Below, in pieces: positions 1-12,179 of a DNA stretch of 64,000 bases. Each line of letters starts with the position of its first letter. Positions within the stretch are counted from its first letter, which is position 1. The notes under the pieces are model-generated. The model was not told the origin of the DNA, ran no database searches, and saw nothing but the letters and a program-made list of their open reading frames with translations. The stretch lies in assembly GCA_030390025.1 (NCBI GenBank), contig CM059438.1, forward strand, positions 62,870,001 through 62,934,000, given 5' to 3'. A program made the position numbers and the translations under genes. This DNA comes from Squalus acanthias. Taxonomy: Eukaryota.

Positions 1-419
1 CAACATTTTAGCTCACAGTCTGCCTTTATTGTTAAATCACTCCATCGTCCTATTCGTTTTTACAAAGTCTGACTGTTCTCACGACTTCCACGTACTCCGT
101 TCTCAATTGCGTTTCTTTTCTGGATACCTGCAATATTGCGTTCTCCAGTTTTGTGGGTCTAAGTCCATTGGATGCAGAGCACGTTCACCTCCAGTACAGT
201 ACAGTCTGGAATTGGAGTGGATGCTTCAGACTGTACTGCGCACCATACCTGTGTGCAGTCCAATATCATGAAACAAAAGGGCTATTCACTTCATTAGAGC
301 AAGGAAACTTGGTCATCTTGGCTTGTTTGGGATGTGCCAGGTGAGGAGTAGTGAAGGGGTAGTGAGTAAAACACGGAAAAAGGAATGGAGACGATCTATG
401 AGACAAATGCAGTAATGAA

Positions 420-862
420 ATTAGGATTGAACAGGTTGGGGCTCTTTTCTCTAGAAAAGTGAAGGCTGAGGAGTGACCTGATAGAGGTCCTTTAGATTAT
501 GAAGCGGTTTGATAGGATAGACTTAGAGATAATTCCACTTGTGGGGGAGACCAAAGCTAGGGGCCATAAATCTAAGATAGTCACTAGTAAATCCAGTAGG
601 GGTCGCTAGTAAATCCAGTAGGGAATTCATGAGCAACTTTTTTACCCAGAGAGTGGTTAGAATGTGGAACTCGCTACCACAGGGAGTAGTTGAGGGGAAT
701 AGCATAGAAGCATTTAAGGGGAAGTTGGATAAGTACACGAGGGAGAAACAAATGGAAGGATATGATAAGGTTAGATGAAGTAGGGTGGGAGGAGGCTTGT
801 GTGGCGCATGGACCAGTTGGACCGACTGGCCTGCTTCTGTGCTGTAAATTCTATGTAATTCT
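420..862 (+). mobile_element. CR1 LINE 3' fragment (family A)
   Basis: Degenerate LGLFSLEKRRLRGDL-type ORF2 C-terminus, CR1 3' UTR, ATTCTATG-type tail; internal duplication at 581-623. Confidence 0.85.
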
Positions 863-1391
863 TTTGGGGGAGGGTTGGTTGTGTTCACATTTTATTTCAC
901 CCCACCCCCACTTCCCCGGAAGGTGTCGACTCCTGCTTCTCTATTGCTCCACGGACCTAATGTCGATACCTAGAGGACAGGACATGCTGGCTCGTTGTAG
1001 CGTTACTCTGAACCTGTTCGAGTGGAGAAAGCCAAAGTGACCTTTCGATTGGTGGTGAAGTAGCATTGAAGAAAAAAAAATGGTACGTGTGTAACTTTCC
1101 TACTGTCGAGGCAGTTTTTAAATCCTGGTACACAGCCAGATTGAAAATTAAATGTAAACGTTTAAAGTGCTTAATCATTGCATAAGCACTTAAGTCGGGG
1201 AAGCCACTCATTGTACTCTTCCCTGATACTGGAATCCTCTCCATTTTTTATGAATTGGAAGGTAGGCAGATTAAATTTATCTGTTAAGTAATTCCCAAAT
1301 ATTTCAGGTGCAAATAGCAGGTATGTCATTGCATGAACCATGTCATGAAATAGTGACAGAGGGCATCATGGCATATTGTGTGTGCGTGCTG

Positions 1392-1394
<3 letters not shown>

Positions 1395-1431
<37 letters not shown>

Positions 1432-1445
1432 GAGAGAGAGAGAGT
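1395..1445. repeat. (CT)n followed by (AG)n, palindromic microsatellite
   Basis: ...ctctctct|agagagagag... seen directly. Confidence 0.95.
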
Positions 1446-1663
1446 CTGAAACAAGGGTGTATCCAAACATTGGAAAAACTGAGTAACCTGACCTTTTCTG
1501 TTTGATGAATTTATGTGCCCATCAAAGTGCTTGTTAACCTCAGCCTCTGGAGTTAGCCACAGCTGCACCAGTGTGACATTTTCCCATTTCCCACAGCTGC
1601 CATCCGCCCCCCGGGCCCCTCTCGGTGAAAATCTCAAATCCTGAGACCCTGCGCCCACACAGA

Positions 1664-1794
1664 TAGTGGTTGCGACTGTCCAAACTAATTTTACATGGGT
1701 CTCTGGAGTCAGTAGAGAGAATAGACATTCATCCGGTCAGGCAAGGCTGGATGTGAACCCAAGTCCCAGAGTCAAAACCCACTGCGCCGCCCAG
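1664..1794 (-). mobile_element. Old tRNA-derived SINE head, LF-SINE-like
   Basis: Minus strand has GGCGCAGTGG A-box-like and GGGTTCACATCCAGCC B-box-like motifs, then CCCATGTAAAATTAGTTTGG; resembles LF-SINE as remembered. Confidence 0.4.
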
Positions 1795-2342
1795 ATTTAC
1801 AGCTGATTTCTGTTTGGCTTTTTATGTTGATGTTTAGTGTAGATGAACTATTCTCACTTTCTAGTCCATAATTTTCATCCTTATTCATAATTTATATAAT
1901 GTCATCACCTGCTTGCCCTGTGCTCTCAGATCACCTGCTCAGTTGTATTTAATCAGTTGAAATCTGGAAAACTGAAATGCTGATTTGCCAAGAATATTTA
2001 TGCTTGAATCAGGATTTCTAGAAACTGCAGCTTTATGCTCCACTTGTTCAGTAAATCAAACTCAATTTGATAGTTATGCAAAGTTGATTGGACTTTCAAG
2101 TGGCACAGTACAGAAGGCACTGGATTAAAGCATTGAATGTTTTTGTGAAGAAACATGTATTTATTGGGAATATATTTTGCTTAGATTAGGAATGTGACTG
2201 GAAGTTAGCCCTATTGCAATTCTATCTGATGGCTGGTCCATTGGAATTCTACAAAATGAAGTGAAGGTCCCACAGACATCAAATGAATGATCTGTTTTTA
2301 GTGTTGTCAATTGAGGGAGCAATGTTGGCCTGTCCACCAGGA

Positions 2343-2983
2343 GAAAATTAACTGGACCAGCCACACACATACTGTGGCAACAAGAGCAGGTCAGAGGCTG
2401 GGTATTCTGTGGCGAGTGTCTCACCTCCTGACTCCCCAAAGCCTTTCCACCATCTACAAGGCACAAGTAAGGAGTGTGATGGAATACTCTCCACTTGCCT
2501 GGATGAGTGCAGCTCCAACAACACTCAAGAAGCTCGACACCATCCAAGACAAAGCAGCCCGCTTGATTGCCACCCCATCCACCACCTTAAGCATTCATTC
2601 CCTCCACCACCGGCGTACCGTGGCTGCAGTGTGTACCATCTATAAGATGCACTGCAGCAACTCGCCAAGGCTTCTTCGGCAGCACCTCCCAAACCAACGA
2701 CCTCTTCCATCTAGAAGGACAAGGGCAGCAGGCGCATGGGAACACCACCACCTCCAAGTCTCACACCATCCTGACTTGGAAGTATATCAGCCATTCCTTC
2801 ATCGTTGCTGGGTCGAAATCCTGGAACTCCCTCCCTAACAGCACTGTGGGAGCACCTTCACCACACGGACTGCAGCGGTTCAAGAAGGCGGCTCACCACC
2901 ACCTTCTCAAGGGCAACTAGGGATGGGCAATAAATGCTGACCTTGCCAGCGATGCCCAGATCCCATGAACGAATTAAAAAAAA
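2343..2983 (+). mobile_element. 5'-truncated LINE family B (CR1/Zenon-like), inserted into a Deu-SINE
   Basis: ORF 2311-2838 (NWTSH...YKAQVRSVMEYSPLAW), 3' end GGGCAATAAATGC...CCCATGAACGAATT-A tail; SINE pieces on both sides. Confidence 0.9.
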
Positions 2984-2984
2984 C

Positions 2985-3194
2985 AAACTCACTGCCCTTC
3001 TTTGAATAGAGCCCTGGGATCTTCTTTACACTCACCTGAACAGGTGGATGGGGCCTCGGTTTTAATGCCTCATCGGAAAAATAGCACCTCCTCAGTCCAC
3101 CTGGGGAGGTGAGTGGGGCCTTGGTTTAACTGCACTGAAATGTCAGCCTAGTTTATGTGTTGAAGTCTGTGGTGGGGCTTGAACCCACAACTTT
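2985..3194 (-). mobile_element. SacSINE1-like Deu-SINE fragment (remainder at about 2250-2335)
   Basis: Matches the full copy at 35349-35809. Confidence 0.75.
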
Positions 3195-4019
3195 ATGTCC
3201 ATTGGAATTCTGTACAATAAGAGTGAATGGAAAAAAAGATTGGTACATTCGAGCCAATATGAAGGTCTTAGTTCATTGAAATTCTACACTAGGGAAGTGA
3301 ATGGGAAGGGATTTTGGCCCACTAGGAATCTGTTTCTGAAGTGAAATGGGACAAAGTTAGTAAGTTGAATTCCTCTATTGTGGAAGTGAGTTGCAAGGGG
3401 ATTGGCCAATTTGAATGCTGTATAATGGCAGTAATTAGAAGTAGCTTGGCATATTTAATTTCTGTGCTGGGGCCTGGTAAGTATTTTGTGTGGTGGGAGC
3501 TGTAATCTGACCTTTGTTTCATTGTAACTGGTGAATCTGGGAAAGCGGCAGAAAATGTCCAAATGCGGCACAGCATACTTTGAGATACGAAGCAGGAAAG
3601 GCAAGAGATTTTTAGATGCAGTCCAAAAGTGATTGAATTGTAATGCTATCAGCCGTGCCCTCTGTTTCCAGAAAACGACGTGTTTTTGCTTCGCTGCAAC
3701 ATTTATATAAAAAAAAAAGGAAAAATTGCAAAAAGAAGCAAATGAAAAAAGCCCCGTGAGGAATGGTCCGACATTTCGCAGAGGTTTACGCAGTAATTTA
3801 TTATATTTTAGTTCGGACTGATTATCAATCTCTTGGCGTTGAGCAGCCTGCTACCAACCGAGGAGTCTATAGACCTTTGGAAACACATTTGGGACCGTCT
3901 GCTTCCTGATCTTCAGTATGCGTACTTCCATCAGACAGCGAGTGGAGGTGAGGAAGAGCACGGTGAAGACGGAAGTTCTCCTGGACATTTCATAGCAGGA
4001 AGGTGGTTGGTTATGTTGA

Positions 4020-4140
4020 AATACATGTCTTCCCACCCTCATTTTCTCTCCTCTTCTGAACACAGTGACTTATGGTAGGGCTCTGTGACCACTTCCATCC
4101 CTCCAGTACCTCACCCAAGTGGTCATTCTTCCTGTATTAA
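4020..4140 (-). mobile_element. 3' part of second SINE family (family C)
   Basis: CCTCACCCAAGTGG.CATTCTTC motif shared with 25192-25480, 31560-31835 and 60610-60890. Confidence 0.55.
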
Positions 4141-4149
4141 ACAAGCAGT

Positions 4150-4390
4150 ATCAATTTGACTCAGTGGTAGCACTCTCCCCACTGAGTCAGAAGATCGTGG
4201 ATTCATACCACACTCGAGACTTGAGCACGTAATCTAGGCTGACACTTCAGTGCAGTACTGAGGGAGTGTTGAACTATTGGCGATGCCATCTTTCGGACGA
4301 GACGTTTAAACCGAGGTCCCATCCACCCGTTCGGGTGGACGTAAAAAATCTCATGGTACTGTTCAAAGAAGAGCAGGCGATTTCTTCAGC
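4150..4390 (+). mobile_element. SacSINE1-like Deu-SINE, 5' half
   Basis: tRNA head CTCAGTGGTAGCACTCT...; Deu core CAGTGCAGTACTGAGGGAGTG, TAAACCGAGG. Confidence 0.85.
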
Positions 4391-4407
4391 AGGAACCTGG
4401 GGTACAT

Positions 4408-4802
4408 TTTTTTAATGCATCAATCTCTCTAGACCAGCCACAATGGGGTTAATAGTAGGATGTGAACCACCTTACTAAAATCAGCTAGCTTGCCCCAGAT
4501 CAGAGATTGAACCTGGTTCTTTCCTGGGCTGAGTTGCTCTTGCTAAATAGTCACTAGGTTTCCAAAGGGTGACACCACTGTCTCAAACTTTCTGATCAGT
4601 TTTAAGATTCACGGAACAATGCTTAAACGGAACAAAGAAGAATACAGATCTAACTATTTAGCAAGCGCAATTCCAACCAGGAAAATACCAGGTTCAGTCT
4701 CTGATCTGGGGCAAGCTAGCTGATTTTAGTAAGGGTAGGAATGGCTCCCATCCTACTATTAACCCCATTGTGGCTGGTCGAGAGGAGATTGATGTATAAA
4801 AA
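4408..4802. repeat. Long inverted repeat (arms 4408-4551 and 4653-4802)
   Basis: Perfect 37-bp (4470-4506/4698-4734) and 31-bp (4432-4462/4749-4779) complementary blocks. Confidence 0.95.
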
Positions 4803-5221
4803 CAACCTGGTGACAGAAACGTGGACGAATCGCTATGTGTTGCGAGGTCATATGATCGGTTCCAACTAGGATCAGCTGTTCTCTTGCAGTGCTGTATCGT
4901 CTGATATTGTGCCTGGGCTATGATCCCTGATGTTTGGTGATTGGAAACTGCTCAGTTAGAAGTGCACCAGACTGTGGTGCCTGTATTGATGCTGTGTCCC
5001 AAAGCAATCTCCAATCACAGCAGGAAGATTTTCCAGTTGTTAACTAATTGTTCTTGCAGTAAGTAGTGTCTGTTCTGATATGTGGAATTGTGTGGCTGAT
5101 GAGCACAGAGAAAGGTCTTTGCACAGGTTCTTGTGTTAATAAAGACCTTTGTAGAACGATCCTTTGCAAGCCACTCTTGCCAGCGCTCACCCATTGTATT
5201 AATCCTGTTCAGGTCAATTCA

Positions 5222-5371
5222 ATTTTTTAATTCATTCTCAAGAAGGTCGGCATTTATTGCCCATCCCTTCTTGCCCTTGAGAAGGTGGTGGTGGATCTTT
5301 TTGAACCATTGCAGTTCTTTATAGCAGGTTGATGCAAATGATTGGCTTGCTAGGGCACTTCAGTGAAGAGT
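5222..5371 (-). mobile_element. Family B tail joined to family B 5' UTR sequence (degenerate bipartite derivative)
   Basis: GCATTTATTGCCCATCCC...TTGAACC then TGGCTTGCTAGGGCACTTCAG, homologous to 31105-31130. Confidence 0.6.
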
Positions 5372-5640
5372 TTGAGAGAAAGCTGCTGTTAGTTAATGAA
5401 CCGGTCACTTTCTTCCTCTGGTTAAGCTGTTGTAACATATGCTACGTGAACTCTGTCTGTAGTTCTTCCACTCTGATGCACTGTCTTTTAATGGTTGAGT
5501 GAGAAACTGTCGTGATGGGAATGGAGGGTGGACGATCAAGACCACCTCCAATTTGCCAGGATCCAGTGTAGGGAATTAAATCTTAATCTCCCTTTGAATA
5601 GTGTGATCTGATGGATTGGTTGAAAGGTCCCCTCAATTTG

Positions 5641-5903
5641 GGAGAAACTTCTTTACCCAGAGAGTGGTTAGAATGTGGACCTCGCTGCCACATGTAGATG
5701 AGGCGAATAGCATCGATGCATTTAAGGGGAAGCTGGTTAAGCACATGAGGGAGAAAGGAATAAAAGGTTACGCTGATCGTGTGAGGTGAAGTAGGGTGGA
5801 AGGAGGCTCGTGTGGAGCATAAACACCGGCATTGACTTGTTGGCCAAATGCCCTGTTTCTGTGCTGTAAATGCTATGTAATTCTATGTAATATGTATGTA
5901 ATT
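5641..5903 (+). mobile_element. CR1 3' end (family A)
   Basis: TTCTTTACCCAGAGAGTGGTTAGAATGTGG; ATTCTATGTA tail repeats. Confidence 0.85.
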
Positions 5904-6160
5904 AATTCCACTGTGATGTCATAGCAGAAGCAAATCGAGGCAGCAGAAGATTAATCAACATCCTGGCGTAAAGCAGTTAAAAGTGACCAAATAATTTGTG
6001 TAACTGAAATACATCGAAGTCGCAACAAGGAAATAGGCCTTTTGGCTCAATCAATCTGTGCCGGTGTTTACTCTCCACATGAGCAGAGACCAGTCAAACT
6101 AGTAGAGATGGTTTGATCCTTTGACCTCTGGGTTATGGGCCCAGCACACCTTTCTACTAC

Positions 6161-6325
6161 ACCTGGGTCAAAATCCTGGAACTCCCTGTCTAACAGCACT
6201 GTGGGAGTACCTCCACCACACGGACTGCAGCGGTTCAAGAAGGCGGCTCACCACCACCTTCTCCTGGGCAATAAATGCTGGTCTTGCCAGGGACACCCAC
6301 ATCCCGTGAACGAATACAAAAAAAA
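6161..6325 (+). mobile_element. Family B LINE 3' tail
   Basis: GSKSWNSL...FKKAAHHHLL, A tail. Confidence 0.85.
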
Positions 6326-7983
6326 TGGTGAGTCTGTGAAATGTTTGTAGTGTGCCCACTTGAACAGTGCTTTTGTCCTACCGAGCATGAGTTTTTGTAG
6401 CATTCTGGACTAGCTAACTCTAGGGCGAATTGACACTTAGGGTGGTAGTGGTTCAATTGAGGTGATTGATTAAGAGCATCACACAACATTAAAAACATCT
6501 TGCCTTAAGTGCAGTTTTCCCATAGTTTCTTGGTACCAAGCCTGGTGACAACACTGAGATTAAAATGTAATTATATTGCCCAGCGTGCCTGAACACCAGT
6601 GATGGAGTGCATGTGAGCTGCTTTGTTAAAGTGAAGATGATTGACAGACTTGACCTTCCCTCTTGGCCTTCAATCATCCATTTGCCCTCTGTATGCCAAG
6701 ACTGTCTGTGCCCACATATGTTCATTATTGCTTAAATGAATTGCATAAGCTTATCTGCAACATTTCATCCATTTCCTCAGTCAACCTTCCCTTTCAGGTG
6801 ATTGTAATCAACAGTAACCTGATTGGAGAAGGAGGGGAAATTCCAGAGACTTGAGAAAAGCTCACATTTACATATTCTGTTTCAAAGAAGAGTTTACTGT
6901 ACATTGACTTCACAAAATGTCCAGCTTTTCTGTTGAATAAATTAATAAAAAGTAAGTACTGTAAATAAATAGCAGGTAGATTTTTTTCAGGTTTTTCTTC
7001 TCTCTTCCTAAGGTTATTATCGAGCCTATTCAGTTTAGATATCAAGTACTGAAATGAAACTGATATTTTCCATCACTCTTAACAGATGAACTGGTGAACA
7101 GAACATGGGAGGAAAAAGTATATGAACTTGAATGAATCTTGGAATCTTAATGCTTCAGAACTGCAGAACAGTTCCCTTATTATATCCTTTGTGAGTCAGG
7201 CTACTGTTCTGCGGTAAACAATACTCAGTCTTCAGCTCTGTATCTCCCTCACTAGGACCCAGTTTTAATAGATTTTTCATAGCAATTTGAGGGATTCGAG
7301 ATAAACATGAATCTGTTCATTGCACAGAAACATCCATATTTCATTGTTACGGAATTTTAATCTAGGTACACAATGGAAAGTGTTGAGCCAATGATAAATT
7401 ATTCTTAATCCTAAGCACAATGAACATATACTCTCCATCTCCATATTCCATCTCCACTTGTAGTTTTACATGTCCACCTGTATGTACCTGTACCAGGAAC
7501 ACTTCCTCCTGTTCAAGCTTGTGATAGTTATAAATGATGGATAGTCTCTTAAAAGGTTTCTGTTTGGTTAGATGGTATTGCAGAATGAAGGATTGATTTT
7601 AAAAAGTGCGGTGTGAAGATTTAAAGCCGACAGTGCTTCTGATTTCCACCCACCCAATTTCCCCGTCGAAAGCCTCTAAACGGCCTTATGGCCAATTAGA
7701 GAGCAGCGTTGGTAGAGGCCAAGAAGCAGTGCCTACCTTTCGGTTGGAGCTCGTTGAATGACACTGAGACCTAAAGGCAGGGGAATGGAGGAAAGTATCC
7801 CAAAATATTAATGGACCAACTGCCCCTTTTTGATGCACCTCTCGTACTATCATTGTTTGGCCCCGATGAGCACCATTCATTCAGTAGATTAGCAGGGATA
7901 ACTTCAGATGTTGGGCCATTTGCAAAAAGCGCATAGTTACGGATAGGTTAGTATTTTAAGGGTAGATCTTTCTTTCAGTTTCA

Positions 7984-8067
7984 ATTCTGAAGGATAGTAT
8001 ACACCGGAAACGTGACCCTGTCTTTTCTCTTTACCGATGCTGACCGGGCCCCTGTGTGTTGCCAGCA
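7984..8067 (+). mobile_element. Penelope terminal (pLTR) fragment with decayed hammerhead
   Basis: CTGAAGGA...GAAACGTGAC...TCTCT...GATGCTG, homologous to 44300-44399. Confidence 0.55.
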
Positions 8068-9172
8068 ACAACAACAACTTGCATTTATATAGTACCTGTT
8101 AACGTAGTAAAATATCTCAAGGAGCTTCACAGGAGTATTATCAGACAAAATTTGACACTGAGCCACATGAGATATTGGGACAGGAGATGGTGGTAAAAGA
8201 GGTATGTTTTAAGGAGCATCTTAAAGGGGGGAGAGAGATGCAGAGAGGTTCAGGGAGGGAATGCCAGAGCTTAGGGGCTCGGCAGCTGAAGGCATGGCTG
8301 CCAATGCTGGGGCGAAGGAAATCGGGAATGCACAAGAGGCCAGAATTGGAGGAACTCTGAGTTCTCGGAGGGTTTTCGGGCTGGAGGAGGTTAGAGATGG
8401 GGAGGGGTGAGGCCATGGAGGGATTTGAAAACGAGCATGAGGTATTATGGACGTGGAAGTAGGCATCCTTGGTGTTGGAGAGGATATGATGTTGGAAGCT
8501 CAGCTCGGGGTCAGATAGGACGCGAGGTTGCGAAAAGTCTGGTTCAACCTCAGACAGGGAGGGAGGGTGATGGAATTGGTGGATGGGGAATGGAGTTTGT
8601 GATGGGGACTGAAGACAGTATTGGTTTCCCCAATATTTAATTGGAGGAAGTTTCTGTTTATCTAATACTGGATGTTGGACAAACAGCGTGACAAATCAGA
8701 TGCAGTGGAGGGATCTAGAGAGATGGTGAGCTAGAGCTGGCAGTTGTCAACGTACATGTGAAATCTGATATTTTTTCGGATGATGTCGCCGAGCGGCAGC
8801 ATGTAAATGAGAAATAGGAGGGGGCTAAGGATCGATCCTTGGGGAACTCCAGAGGTAACATTGCGGGAGCGGGAAGAGAAGCCATTGCAGGAGACTCTCT
8901 GGCTGCGACTGAGAGATAAGAATGGAACCAGGCAAGGGAAGTCCCACTCAGCTGGACAACGGAGGAGAGGCGTTGGAGGAGGATGGTGTGGTCAACCGTG
9001 CCAAAGGCTGCAGACAGGTCGAGAAGGGTGAGGAGGGATAGTTCACCACGGCTACCGTCACATAGGATATCATTTGTGACGTTGATTAGGGCTGTTTCAG
9101 TGTCGTGATAGGGGCGGAAACCTGATTGGAGAGATTCGAACATGGAGTTGCGGGAGAGATGGGTGTAGATTT
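8066..9172 (-). mobile_element. L2 LINE, 5'-truncated and internally deleted
   Basis: ORF 8715-9143 QSGFRPYHDTETAL...[13 protein letters not shown] (RT); GVPQGS; tail read on plus as (CAA)n CTTGCATTTATATAG. Confidence 0.9.
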
Positions 9173-9901
9173 GGGAGTTTCTATCTTTATTTCAGGTGCT
9201 TGCGTTGGAAGTGGAGAGCTGCACTGTATTTGGGCTCAGCCCTCCGCCCCAGTATTTTGTAAGGAGCGAATGTTTTCCACATATTTTGGGGAAATTACAA
9301 AGCATGATTGGAATTTAATTATTTGACTGAGTCCCTTGCCCTACCTGTCGGGGTCGGGTGGGGGGGGGGGGGGGGGGGGGTCTGGTTTGTCCGGCTGAAG
9401 TCTGTGTATTTGTAGGTTTGCCCTGTGACTAATCAGTTTGGATTGGGGGAAACTGGGTTGGGAAAGGATTTTTTGGGGGAAGGGAGCTCCAAAATTGTTG
9501 AAACTTACATAGGGAGGCAGGGTTTCTATTCAGTAAAGCGGTCTCATCCAAATTTCATTTGCTTCATTCAAAAAGAATGATGCATAAGTGGGTTATATTT
9601 GATTTTAGGATGAAAAATGGTTTAAGTTAACTGCCGTTAATGCCAATTCAAGTCCAACACCAGATGGGACAGCCTTCTAATCCTTTATCCCTTGTGTTCT
9701 CTCAATATTGTTAAACTTGCTGTGATTGGCATAGTCTTTCATTGTTAGCGTGGGTGTCATTGATGCACGATGAAGAGAGGAGCTTTTGCTGGGGGGGCCA
9801 CCGTAGAGACCGGCCGTTGCTCACAAAGTGGGGCGCCACCCCCATGAACTTCTCAATACATTAAAAAGGTGATTAAAATTTGGGGGGAAATTGGAGACTG
9901 A

Positions 9902-11628
9902 GGGCTGGATTTTCCGGGGTGGGGGTGGGGGTGGGGGGTGTCAGTGGGTGGGGTCGGTGGCAAGTCGGATGGGAAATTTGATTTTTTTTACAGCGGGTTG
10001 GGACCCCGCTGTCAACCTGCGCGAAACACGCCTTTCCCAATGTAGGGTCTGTCAGCGCTGAGCAGACCCGATGGGCAGTGGTGGGGGACCCAATTAAACT
10101 CATTAGAATGGACTTAACAGACCCTTAACAGGCTTTTTTACCTTACTTTTTAACTTTAACTTCATGGCCACAGGAACCACGCTGTTCGGGGACCACATCT
10201 GTGTACCTGAGGCGGGAGTTCAGTGGCCATTGCTCCAGCTGATTACTTGACAGCTTCAAATGTACAGTAAAAGCTCCCACCTGACAGGTCATCACTTTCT
10301 TCAGCCACAAGCTGTTTCTCAGTCCATTTCCAGCACAGATTCTGCAGGCTTTCCACTTTCCATCCATTCTTACCTCATTGGAAGAACTCTCTCACCATTG
10401 ACAGAATGCTTCTGTCATCTCTACTTCACCTGCCCTTTATACTGTCTCACCTTGGTCCTCAGAATCCGACCACGATCAACCCCAACACCAGGCACACCAG
10501 GTGTACGAGCAGCACCAACCACAACACCAACCTTCTTTGCAATCACCTGATGCTGTACAGGACAGAGGGCATCAGCACCCGAGCGGCCAGGGATGGCCTC
10601 ACCATAGCCAGATTTAACCTCACTTGATGCTGTATGCCGTGGCTGCCACATGATGCGCCAGGTTGGCACCACCCCACACCAACACCACAAAGCATCCCTA
10701 CAATGTCCAAGCCATTCCTTCACACTTAGCACCATTGTGGGGAGGGTGGGGGGGGGGTACCGTTGTGTCTCACCATTCACTGCAACTCACTAAGCCACTT
10801 CCAAAGGTGCACACAAATCTGTCCAAGAACGCAAAGTGTTGAAACTAAAGGTTTCAATGTTTGACACCACATTAACAGAAACTTTACATGGACATTGCAT
10901 AAAACACCCAAGTGGCTACCCTTGTGTGTTGTTAGTTGGTATGATTGGACTAGGATGAGGGTGAGTGTGAGGGGTGGCTAGTGAGTTGGGGATGTGATGA
11001 TGTAGATAGAGAGGGATGGGTGGAGGTGCAAGGCAAGTTGGTGTGAGTAAGGATGTGCAGGATTAGGGTAGGGAAGGCAGAGTGATGGGGATGTGATGAG
11101 AGGCACAGCAGGATGAGGTTGAGTGTGGCTTTGTACTAACGTTTCATGATCTAATGAGATCATTGAAAGGTTTGAGCTACTGCACCCAGGTCCTCCTGAC
11201 CACATCCCTGCTTGTGCCCTCCTGTGCAACCAGGTTGTGTTGTTTTCCTGGGGGTGGTCTCTTCTGCTCATCGGAAGGGAAGAGGACCTCCCTGCGTGCT
11301 GTGACTATGGGAGAGCCTGGGTGTAGCCCTGCACCTCTGTGCAGTGATTGTCAGTGTTTGCAGCACTTCAATGCTGTAGAACACTGACAGAACAAATGTC
11401 AAAAGAAAGTTGCCACGGTTCCTTTAAGGAAACCGGCTGATGATGCGTCTCGAATGACGTCACCAGACCCGCTTCCTCTAATTGGACCGGCAAACGCGCT
11501 GGGCGGGCTTAACCAACCCCATCAACATAAATTCATTGTCCAGAGTGGGATGGAGCCAGCAGCGGGGTCGGGACCCGCCACCGACGTTGCCCGCCCCGGA
11601 CCCGCCGAGGTAAGGAAAATGTCGGCCC
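9902..11628. mobile_element. PIF/Harbinger-derived non-autonomous DNA transposon
   Basis: TIRs GGGCTGGATTTTCC / GGAAAATGTCGGCCC, subterminal inverted GACCCCGCTG motifs, Myb/SANT remnant, plausible 3-bp TSD. Confidence 0.75.
11141..11305 (-). pseudogene. Harbinger Myb/SANT-like DNA-binding gene remnant
   Basis: Manual translation VTARREVLFPSDEQKRP...VAQEGTSRDVVRRTWVQ*LKPFNDLIRS, followed by a GTTAGT donor. Confidence 0.7.
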
Positions 11629-11706
11629 GAGTTACAGGCTGGAATCTAATTGGGTTTGAATTGTTTAAGCATTAAACAATAGATACCCGAGAGTGAGTTA
11701 CTGTGA

Positions 11707-11808
11707 TTAAAAACAGAAAATACTGGAAATACTCAGCAGGTGAGTCAGCATCTGTGGAGAGAGAAAGAGAGTTAACGTTTTAGCTCACTGACCTCTCGTC
11801 AGACCTGG
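11707..11808 (-). mobile_element. Penelope terminal fragment
   Basis: Homologous to 44300-44399; CTGACGA core kept, GAAA mutated. Confidence 0.75.
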
Positions 11809-12179
11809 TCATCCAGTGAGTTACTGTGTCCAGATGGTTCACTTATAAAATAATCGATACACACGAGTGAGTTACTGCAATACCAGGATTTCAGTAAAAC
11901 ATGATGATGGGTGACCTTGTCATGTTTCCACTTGGAGCAGTGAAAATACTGCCTAGCAGTACAATTCTAGACTTAGTCCTTCCAGACTTGGGTTGCACCT
12001 GGAGATAGCATTTCCAGCTTTGGAGTGAAGTCCTCTGCTAGTCTACAACTGCTATTGTTGCGGGGTGGTGGGGGGGGGGGGGGGGGGGTGGGGAGCAGTT
12101 TGGTAGGTTATACCCAAATTGAGGCGCTCGGATGGTGTGTATAGGGAGTAAGGGGTATCTGGAGCGAACGACAAGCTGG

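Noticed and set aside
197..238. 12-14 bp hairpin
   Set aside because: Too short for a pre-miRNA and no family context; could be chance
1160..1192. AAAGTGCT miR-302/430-like seed in a short palindrome
   Set aside because: The stem is only about 9 bp, too short for a pre-miRNA
3833..4078. 81-aa ORF as a possible host exon
   Set aside because: No recognisable domain, and its 3' end runs into SINE sequence
9356..9380. Poly-G tracts (also 12061-12093, 12306-12319, 41379-41390) as G-quadruplex elements
   Set aside because: Common homopolymers with unreliable length and no supporting context
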